Shown in pieces: positions 11,114 to 21,676 of a DNA stretch of 64,000 nt. Positions within the stretch are counted from its first letter, which is position 1. Every line of letters begins with the position of its first letter. Origin of the DNA: Fistulifera solaris (taxonomy: Eukaryota); contig AP026128.1 of assembly GCA_030295235.1 (NCBI GenBank), positions 744,001-808,000 of the forward strand, written 5' to 3'. The notes under the pieces were generated by a model. That model had not been told where the DNA came from. It did no database searches and saw only the letters and a program-made list of their open reading frames with translations. The position numbers were made by a program, and so were the translations under genes.

Positions 11114-12689
11114 TTAAATCGTAATGGCGGCATTCACTAGCAGTGCTGCAGCAACCATCAAAAAAGCACCCGACATGGTCGTACCGTCCGATGTGGGTAC
11201 TGCTTCAGAAGAGGATACCGGTGCCAACTCGGTAGGAGTCGGTGCCACAGGAGACTCTGCTGGCGTGCTAGCACTTGGTGCCGCTGGGGATTCTACCGGT
11301 GCAGATCCTTCAGGGCATTTCAAATACTCCGTCTGAATGAGATCTCTGTTGTAACACACAAAACCATTCAATGGGAGGCCACCAGTTCCATCTAGAACCA
11401 GATGACCAATGTCTCTTGGATCTACCGGCGTACATTCCTGAGTGGACTCACGCAGCTTCTGCGCGGCCGCGATCTTGGGCGTAATACCGCGAAGGTAGGC
11501 TGCAATCGACTTGTACGAGATTGGTCCATCATTCTTGGGAACATACCACCACTGGTCAGCAAGCAGAGCCTGCTCAACAAAAAGGCAAATATAATGTGTG
11601 AGATTGGGGTCACAGTCCTGCTGCTTGTACTTTGAAGAAAACGGTACTTACTCGGTCGGGAAACAAAAGCTTCAAGTTGTCGTCAATCAATCGAGAACCA
11701 CGTGGGTCGAACAGCCAAAAGTCAACAGGAAACAAGGTTTCGCCGTTACAATCTTCATTGTAAACGCCCGGTTCACAAGTGTTGAAGTAGGCACTTGCTG
11801 GGACGGCGGCATACTCGTCATAGTCGTAAATGTCGTCTGAGTGCAAGAGGCATTCCGAGCTCTTCCATGGTTCGTGGGAACCAGAGCTCGATCGGATCGT
11901 AGTCGCTTAGTTCAGCGTAAGATTCTCCTGTCTCTTCATCTTGTCCAATACCAAGCCAACTGACTTTGATGCGAAGTCCTTTTCATGAGCTTCTTCCATG
12001 GTATCTGTGAATTCAGTCGCCGCTTCACACATATCTTGCTTTTGTTGGTTTATCGCGTCTTGATCCACCTCAACGCCCAAAAACACAGCCAGCTCTTCAA
12101 TTCGTCGGGCGATGTCGATCGCCGACCTGCCGTAACAATTCGAACGATCCGGAGCCGAGAAGTTTTGAATGCGACAATTTTCGTGGTAGTCAAAGTATGT
12201 GTCAACAAAAATGACTTTGAAACCGGCTGCTTCGATATCAATCATCGAGTAATCGTAGCCGTTGTCAACGTTCACGATAAAATCGATTTGATCTTGTAAC
12301 GCGATCAGGTCGGTGATGTTATCCACTTGCCAGCAGCCACGCGGATTCGTGTAGCACGACGGAGAGAGGTTGACGGCCGATGACAGGAATGCCGCTTCCT
12401 CCGGGCCCGGATCTAACTCGGGAAAGTTAGAGCCCGCCGATGGGTTCTCCGGGTCGAAAGTCGTTCCACGAATTCCCCAAAGACCCCAGACAGCAGCTAG
12501 CTGCTCGGCCTGCATTCCCATATGAAAGAGGGAAATACCACCCAGTGTGGCCTCGACACCAATCTTGGCCTTGACTGAGTTGTCCCACGTGTGAACCACT
12601 CCTCGATCATCTTGAAACGTTGCCCCGTGCACGGTGTTGCTCAAAAGCAAAAGCACAAAGGCACTCAACGTGCGCTGGAAGGAAGACAT
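11114..12689 (-). CDS. Membrane-anchored ferrichrome/siderophore-binding protein (FBP1-like, periplasmic-binding-protein type)
   Basis: Signal peptide, then ATFQDDRG..., RIEELAVFLG and RTMEELG. A GT-AG intron at 11570-11651 continues into ALLADQWWYVPKNDGPISY, followed by a Pro/Ser/Thr/Ala-rich linker and a hydrophobic C-terminal anchor. Two single-base shifts (~11980 and ~11848). Confidence 0.7.
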
Positions 12690-13878
12690 CGGCTCAGTTG
12701 CTCGATCGGAAGGATTTGAGATAGCAAAGTAACAACAATAACAAATATTATGAACAGATGATAATGACATGCCAACAAAATCTTTTGACTTCTGACAAAA
12801 GCCAAAAACGCTAAAGGTTGTCATTCCATAGTATCAGTACTAGCCTTTCCATAATGCTTGTTGACTTGATGAGACGCGTGATGGAATCTATTCTGCGCGT
12901 GTCGGATGCTTGCCAAAAAAATGAAGCATTCACAGACTTTCCCTCGTCCATTCGCGAAAGCGAAGAGACACATTCTGTTTCTGAGTTCCAAGTTCGTTGT
13001 CTGCAACCATGCGTTACGAGCCACGCGGATAGCACGAGCCAAGGGCGGAACTATTTATTTTAGTAAACTGCGACCTGCGACTGTCTCTAGTTTCAAGCTA
13101 AAGGTACCGTACCTACAAGTACATGCCTTGGCTGGACACTGTCTACGGGCTCCCAGGTGACGAACCTAATAATATTATTGGGCGAAAAGATCGTGGAAGC
13201 CAACATCCAAAAACGTATCTTGATGTCTTGATGTGGATCATGAGCTGAACAATTCGTCTATAAAGGAAAAAGTTTCCGTTTTTGCGGATAGTTTTTGAAA
13301 CAACCCGTTGCAGCCAGTGTTGCAGCTGCATCACAAACAGCTGTGGTGAAAGATGAGTAGAAAGGACAGTGCCAAGCAGCCGTAATTAAAGCTTTCATAA
13401 TCAATTGATAAAGTTTGTCAACTTTCTCATCGTCGAGCACCTAGAAGAAGCGCTTTCCTCCGAGTAATTTTATTTGCTGATGAACGAATAACCACCAAAC
13501 CATAGCGACTCAGGACTCATGAAAGAGTCCTGTCACGGAAAAATTAAAAAAATATTCCGTAACCTTAATGATCGCTAACACATGACTTTTACGACTTTCG
13601 TTTCGGTTTTGATGTTATTGTTGTGCATTCTGGTGTCATATTTCTTGCCATTGCATGGGATGACAATAAAAGCATGAAACGTGTGATGCTATCATCAATT
13701 AACTCTTCAATCTGTTATTTATCAGTTTAGCGCGTCTTTTCTTTTGCCGGTAGAAAAAGGGGAAGTAAAAGAGAATCATTACAAGACGGCTCTTCAAAAC
13801 CTTCTCTCTGCCTCAAAACTTGAGTGGGAAGGAGTCGGACGCATTTCTCGGTCATTTTTACAGTAAACGTTCATCAAC

Positions 13879-16800
13879 ATGCGATACTCAATAACCCGTC
13901 CGAGGGAGAAACCCGCCGATGATATTTCCGAGACTCCTCAAGCAATTGTCATTCGATCGTTGCGTCGACGTCTCTGTCAGGCGTTTTGCGAAGGCAATGC
14001 GAACAAGGCTCTGTGCATTTACAAAGCCCAACGCTCGGACTGGGAACGATGGGCGGAATTAGAAAAGGAGGCTGTTCAAAAAGCGCTTCCAAAGATCTGA
14101 GTCGTCAAATGAGTAACTTGACATTGCAGCTCACCAATGATTCACAAGACGTCATCGGTTTGCTGCAAGCGGAAATGAATCCCACGGAGTTTTTTCGTGC
14201 TGACGACTACCTGAAACAAAATGATCCGTACAATGATGAGGTAGAAGAAACAATAATGTCGACACCACTGCCGAAACCAAAACGTCGTGAGCCGTTCTCA
14301 ATGTTTCGATTCGGCGACAAGGGAAACAAAGAAGACGACCATACCGGTGGAAACGACGACTCCAAGCTTCATTTGACAACTCCACTGCACGAGGCGGCAC
14401 GTTTAGGTTGCGGGGAACTAGTGCGCTTAATGCTGGTGCACGACTCTGTTGATTGTCAGAAGCGAAATGGTCAATGTAGAACTCCATTGCATATGGTAGC
14501 GGGTGGGATAGCCAAGGACGACCACGTCGGTATTGGACCTCTGGTTCCTCCAAAGGGAGATTTGAAACCAGCCGTCACAAGTGCATCAAAGCTGAGAAAT
14601 TTTTTCCGTCGAAAGGGCAAGTCCGATGTAGAGAAGCCCGAACCAGGAGTTATTGCCTGTTCCATGGAGAGTCGAGTTGATGCACTACGAGCAATTATTT
14701 CGTGGTCTGAGCAACGTGAAGCCTTTTCGACGAATTCGGTAGATAGCCACGGTCGGACGGCTTTACATTATGCTGCAGAGCTGGGTCGAGAAGAGATTTG
14801 TCATGAATTGTTGTCGTCTTTCGGAGCGAACTTAACAATTGTCGACGACATGGGAATGAATCCTTGCGAAAAAGCGGCTGAACAAAATTTCCATGATTTA
14901 GCTGCATTTTTGGAAGCTAAAGCTGTCTTGTACATTGATCCGTTCGGTATGGACAACGAGTTGTACGAAAGCAGTTGGGGACTGCAGCATTTAAATGGAT
15001 TTTCACGGCAAACCCTGGCTCCCCCATTTTCGTGGTTCGAAACGCTATTCGACGTTCAAAAGGAAAGAGAACGAAGACGGAATATAATGGAGATTAAGAT
15101 GAAAAAGATTCTGTCGTTGCGTATAGAAAAGAAGAATTGAAGGCGAGGATACTTGCGCGGAGCACCAGGGACGACGTGGTAGAAAGTTCCGCCACAAAAA
15201 CGGCCGAAAAGAGTTCGGACACGCCCAGTGGAAAGCCAGAGTTCTCGTTAGATGCACTACGCTGGTTTCTGGGGCGAGTACGCAGCTGTCACGCCGAGGT
15301 ATTGCTTTCATCAAACAAATGGAACCTAAACCGTTGTGTGGAGCGTTTCTACATTGACCCGATCCAAATGTTGAAAAATGCAGGCCTTCATTTTCAACCT
15401 GACTCATTAGACGATGAAAACAAAACTCAGGATCTCCAAACGTGTTTAATATGTTGCGAAGAATTTGATGCGCAATCTGCGAAGTGGGAGCGACTAAGCA
15501 ACTGCTCACATCAATTCTGTCGTGATTGTATATCAGATTACGTATCAAATTGTGCAAAGTCGCGCGTGTCATGCTTTAAAGTCACTTGTCCGCATCACGA
15601 GTGCAACGCTCCTTTACTGCAGTCAGAGCTCGCTGATTTTGCGTCGAGCAGTGACTACGCGTTGTTGGTGGATAAGTGCAATGCGGATTTTGTAGTTGCT
15701 GCTTACGATGTACGCTATTGTCCCCATCCCGGATGTGCGGGTGTGGTACAATTTAATGCGTCTGTTTTCAGAGAGTCTATCGAGCACCACTTGACGATAC
15801 TCAAGACGGTAGGCGCTGTCTGCACTTACGATAATGATGGGGACCACCAAGGTCCCATGACCTATGAGGGGTCTACGACACAGCCTATTATGGGACGCAG
15901 AAGCAACCCAAAGTAGCCCATCGTTTCTGCTTTGATTGCGGAGAAGGCATGCACTGGCCAATCTCTTGCCGTCAGCTAGAAGAGTGGAATGAAGTGGTGA
16001 AAGAGCACGTTCAAGAGGTTTCTGGTTTTGAGGATTCTGACGATTACAAAGATGTGGCTCAAAAGTTATGGATGAAAGCAAACACACGTCCATGTCCGAA
16101 GGTAGGTACTTCGGGGACCTATTTCTGTTTAGTTTGGAATAATTTTTACATTGATTAAATGATCACAGTGCCAAGCTCCCATTCAGAAGAGTGATGGCTG
16201 CAATCACATGACTTGTCGAGGCTGTCGATACGAGTATTGTTGGATTTGTTCAGGCGAATGGAAACATCACACCACTGAGACGGGAGGTACGTTTTTAAAC
16301 AACCAGCACAATCTTTTCGGTATTTAGTCATGCTGTAAAGACTAACAATCGCTATTCCGTATAAGGGTTCTTTCGGTGTAATCGGTGGATAGATCAAAAA
16401 GACCACGAAGCGTATGGTGGAGTGAAACCGGATGCTGCCGACATCGCTGCCGCGAAATACATTACTGACGAACAATTGGCGGATCCAACTAAAATGGCAG
16501 TGACATATGGCACTGCTATGCATGAAGCGCGCGTCTCTCGTAGTCGCACTCGGGAAATGGGTCGGTTCCTGCACCATTATCGACGGTGGAATGCCCATTT
16601 TGAAAGTTCAGTCCTGGAACGCAATATGAGAGATACGGCTATTGAACGACTCGCTCCGGTTGTGAAAAGTGCGAGTCAGTTCGCACAGCCTTACAATGGT
16701 GGATTTAATTTCGGTGGACAGGGGTTGTCCTTCATACACGCTGCCTTTACGGAATTGCTTGAATGCCGTGCTACTTTGCAGCACAGCTATGCGTACTTGT

Positions 16801-17426
16801 ACATCAACTTTGGCACCAAGCCAGGTGTTCACGAAAAATTGTCTAAGCAACTACGCACCGAAAAGCGCGCAGTTGAAAGAATTCAGGCGGAACTAGAGAC
16901 GATGACTGAACAGCTCAGTGATGTTGTCGCTCGGTCGCATCTCCGCGCAACTCAAATGCAAATCTTGTTTCTTACCTCTGCCACGGCGGAAAAGAGGAAA
17001 GAGTTCTCTAATTTCATGATCACTATCTTGGCAAAGCAGCTGAAGCGGAGCTCAAAAGATGCCTTTCAATCAAATAGTGCGTCTCGGGATGGCAGAAAAG
17101 GAATTTCTAGCAAAAATAATGCCGCTAATGACGGGGATAAAGCGAAGCAGCACCGACGATTGACTAATGACAATGACGACGTTGTTCTCGGCGATGCAAG
17201 TTCCAGAGAGGACATAGAAGCTGATATACGGGCAAGTCTCGCCCGTTTCATGATAAACGCTGGTGAACTAGATGTGCTTAGGATTGAGAGCCAGAACGGC
17301 GAAGCTGGCATTGACGACAAAGATACACGAGGAGACTGGCCTTGTTTTACTTGTACTTACATTAATTACCAGGGATTCCGTTGTGCTATGTGTGGCACAT
17401 GTCGTCGCGAACTTTCTGCGGTCTAA
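13879..17426 (+). CDS. Ankyrin-repeat RBR E3 ubiquitin ligase (Ariadne/ANKIB1-like) with a C-terminal RanBP2-type zinc finger
   Basis: Ankyrin motifs (TPLHEAA, GRTALHYAA); RING1 (CLICC...CSHQFCRDC...CPHHEC); IBR (YCPHPGC); RING2 (TRPCPKC...DGCNHMTC). Ariadne-like region RFLHHYRRW and C-terminal WPCFTCTYIN...CAMC. Introns near 16102-16168 and 16287-16364, plus several frameshifts. Confidence 0.85.
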
Positions 17427-17578
17427 AAGCCTACCCTTATCAAGGAGCCGAACTCAATGAGCGTTACCTTCGCTTAGTGAAATCTTCTATGTTGCACCCC
17501 GACGAAAGCATACTTGTCTATCACATTTTGGAAGAAAGTCGAACGCGGTAAAATTTATTCATTATTCTCATAGACTGC

Positions 17579-20500
17579 CTAACCACCCGATGTAAAAAGA
17601 CTGCGCCTACGTGCGAACCGACGTTTCTTGCCATTTTCTTTGTTTAGCTCTTCTTGTCTCAATCTCTCCGCTTCTTCTTCGTCACGTAACTTGTAATTTA
17701 ACACCAACTCAGCAACAATCTGCGCCCCCTTGCTCTTCCACTCATTTCTGTTATTGATTGCATAGTTTAGGCACTCCTCGCTGCTGACACCGAATACACC
17801 GCATTCTTTTAGCTTCTTTGCTAAGGGAATCACATAGGAGTCAAAGAATTTAACTTCACCGTCAACCCAGAACTCGCTAGGATCTTTCGCCATTCGGCCG
17901 GCACGGAACGCCGTATAAAGCTCATCGAACAAACGACGGTTCCATTTCTGATACACATGCCAATGTTGCATACTATGTGCTACATCAGATGCCTGAACGA
18001 TATGCTCGATTACTATCGTTGCCTTGCGATTCGGGGTGTCGTCGTCCCTCTCAGTGAAAGCTTTATCCCATCGCGCTTGTCGCATAGCCAAAAGCTCTGG
18101 GTCAAAAATATCGGTAGCCATCACAACGTTCACCACAACCTGACGGAACCGATCAAGCTCAGATTGCGTGGCAAACATGCATTTGAGCAGCTCACCATAC
18201 TCCTCTTCATCCATCAGCAAGTCCCAGGCTAGGTCAACCGAGTTCTGCTCAGCAACACTCTTGTTCTGGTACTTTTCAGCTATAGGAACACCCTCCTTTA
18301 CAAGCTGCTGATTCGACACACCCCAATGGTCACAGTCGTGAATGAGCGCAGCAAAGACAATCGCTAGCTGCGTTAACGGGTCGGAAGTGATGCCATACGT
18401 GTAATGATGTAAATCTGAGGCCAGCTCTTTGCCCCCCATTTGCAACGATCTACGCCGGACTTTCATTTCGGGAGCTACAATACGTTGCAGTAATTTGTTC
18501 ACGCTCATCGTCACATGACTAGCATGCTCGAAGTTGTGAAATGGGTTATTTCGATACATTGCCGCGATCACCGCAACATATCGCTTCAATTGAGCCTTCA
18601 CCGCAGGTCCCAAATTGATCGTTTCGGGGTCAACATACCCTTTATAAGCAGCAGCGTCGAATTCCGGCAGAGATATAACTTCGACCACTTCATCCAAAAC
18701 TTTCACATTGCTCTTTTCACGAGAGAAAACAGGCGCCGGCTCCTGAGTGGCGTCGATTTTAGCCAAATTAAGCATGCGCCGTTGAGCGATAACCTGACGT
18801 AGCAAACCAGCGAGTAGATCAACGTTGTAATCGATGAGCCGAATGTGTTTTTGCTTTTGTTGCATCATATCTAACTGGCTGTCATCAGCTTCACCGTCTT
18901 CTTGGTTGCCCCAAATATCATCCGATTGTTTCGTCAAACTATCGTCGGAGACTGTAGAGCTGATACTCCTACGAGAGTTCTGTGGATGAAACCAGTAAGT
19001 TTGCAGTTCGCCCTTGCCCTTGGCGACCACTTTCTCTTCGCGGGCCCTGATCCAGTGACCTTTTCCGGCTTTAGTTACTAAATCCGCTGTTGTCGCCGAG
19101 AGCTGGATTTGGTCACGTTGGCCCGTACTCTCCATTCTCGCTGCCGTATTTACCGTGTCACCAAACAACTGAAACCGGGACTTTTCCCCGCGGAGAACAC
19201 CTGCCGTCACGGGGCCGCTATGCAAACCAAAACGCATCCTCAAATCGCTAGTGTCGGGACCAAGTGTCAAGTCCAGTGATTGCGTAATGGCATTCATTTT
19301 AGCCCGACAATCTCGAGCAAACCGACACATGATCAACGCATGGTCTTCTTGTGGATCTGGCAAGCCCGTCACTGCTACATAGCTATCGCCAATTGTTTCC
19401 ACCTTGAACACTCCTCTTTTCCGTGCTATTTTATCAAAAGCTTGGTACACGCTTTCCAATAACGTGAAAACCTGAGCTGGATCTCGTACACTAGACCAAG
19501 CAGTGAAGCCACTGATGTCTGATATATTCGTAAGGTAGTGTTTGGAAGCAAAGTGTTAGATACTAGATTGGATCCTTGCGATTATATTGTTATTGTTGTC
19601 AGCTCTTCAATCGTATCCTTACCTGCAAACTGTAAATTTTCAAGAAAACAGCAGGGAACAAGAAGTTAGAGAGAATCAAAATACAAAACAAGCAGAAGTG
19701 TCCTATCATTGTTGACGTACCAAAACTGTGCAGTTGGGAAACAAATCAGCAATCGGCTTGAGCCCCCTCCCTCTGACATGGATACGTCTCCGTTGTGGTC
19801 CAAGAAAGAACGCAACCGTTGCTTTGTAGGCTCAAAGACCACTAAAGTTGAGTCATCCTGGGTAACATCCTCGTCGAGGCTTGGATCGCCACCTTCGCCC
19901 AGACTCTCCCGACGAAAAAGCCGATCGTGGACTTGCTCGGGAAACAAAGAGCTCACAATAGCCCGACTTTGAACGGCATGTTCGAGCACAACTTTTTGAC
20001 GCTTGGCAACCAACAGATCGTACCAGGCGAACATAGAAGCTGCCAAGGCAAACCCTAAAGCTGTCACGAAAGCGTGCCAAAAAGCTTTGTGATTTCGAAC
20101 CGACGAGCTAGATGGGTAGAAACTGACCGTATAATTACAAGAAGCTGAAGATAGCTCCAACTCAGAATGTAGTGACGCATCCGCGTCTTTCGATGCATCG
20201 CGGTTCCAGCCTTGAAAGTCTCCGTTGTTTAGATCGAATGTGACATTGACACCCACTTGGCAGGAATCTCGAACGACGGCCATCAAGTTCAGCGGAGACG
20301 CGGTGAGCCCCTCTTTCCGCAACAAAGACTCCCAAGAAGACAAAAGCACAACAATAGCTTTCACCTTTGAACTATTCTTGTCGCTCAAGACGGGATAGAG
20401 GAATGCCGACACAGGAGAGACATTTGCCTCACTCGCATCCAAGATGGGTCCCCACGTCGGATTTCCCGTGCTTAAAACGTCCAAGATGGGTGCTTGCCAG

Positions 20501-21230
20501 TCCTTTAAGCTAAACAAATTCAAATTGACCAAGTGACTTGCTTCATCTGCCGGAAACATCTGCCACATGGGCGCAAGGGTCCATCACCGACGGCGGGATT
20601 CCCGTCTGCATTGAAAATGTCGGGTCGAATCGATACGAGTCTTCGTGCGGTTGCCTCCTCTGCATTATATCGGAATCGCAAATTTAGATTGTCAGATAGT
20701 TTGGAAGGAATCCAGTCAGCGTGATTGGGTGCGTATTCTTCCCATTCTGCTCTATTTTCTTTCGTAACTAAAGGGAACCACCACACGCCGGAAAGATTCA
20801 AAAGATCACGAGCAGTTTGAGTTGTAGAAGGAAAATCAGGTATAGTGACGGTAGGATACTCTTCCTGGAGTATATTCGCAAATCTAGAAATGTCATTGGC
20901 TAGTCCTTTTGCTGCGGTCGCGTGTTGATGGGTCCATGACTCTTGCAGACGTTGCTGTACTTGAGCCGCTTGCGAATAAAATAAAGCCGCAGCTGTCTTT
21001 TTCTGCCTCTGAAGAGTCGAGTGATACACGAACTCGATACTGATCATAGCAGTAACGAAAAGCATAATCATGATTCCTTTCCTCACGTAAGCAACAGCTT
21101 GATTTTCGCTACTGGCGAGGCCTTCGGCCGTTCGGTCGCGCTGAATCGCGTCTTCCCCGCTTTCGATCGACCCTAAAGAGCCTTCATCGGCATATGAAGT
21201 GCCATCGTCGTGTGTCGCTGGTTGACTCAT
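17579..21230 (-). CDS. Receptor-type class III nucleotide cyclase fused to a cyclic-nucleotide phosphodiesterase (TM-sensor-TM-cyclase-PDE)
   Basis: TVLFADISGF (spliced through a 7-nt microexon), KVETIGD, FQLFGDTVNTAARMES. PDE motifs FHNFEHASHV, IHDCDH and ASDVAH. Introns at 19630-19720 and 19519-19622; frameshifts near 20570 and 19765. Confidence 0.9.
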
Positions 21231-21676
21231 ATTCTATGAAAGTAAAGCTTCAGTTGAAATGGAATAAGACCATTGACGATGGGAGGAAAGATTATTTCGC
21301 TTTTGTCTTTATTGCGTCGTTTTCGTCAAAATGCAAAATGCCCTCGCATCAAAATCCAGCCCAACAGATAACATCATTAGTGACACAGCACTACAACGAT
21401 GCAAAAGACCGCAGAAAGAGGTCATAGTCACAAAAGACGGATTCGCGTATTTTGTTCAAGTACCAGTTGAACAGCGTTGGGTACCGGTGTCGATGATGAT
21501 GTCCGCGACTTTTTCGTCCGTCTTTGTTAGACGTCGAAGATTCGCGTTTGTTTATTCATTGAATCAAGAAACAGTTATTTCAGCTAGCTATACATCCTTA
21601 CCTAAAGAGGAACTTCATTTAAAAAATAGTTATCCATTATTATTGGCTTTCTACGGCAGAGAATTGTTTTCGTCGA

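Noticed and set aside
12690..13500. Iron-responsive promoter motif upstream of the FBP1-like gene
   Set aside because: I found no exact match to the CACGTG(C/T)C-type diatom low-iron motifs by eye.
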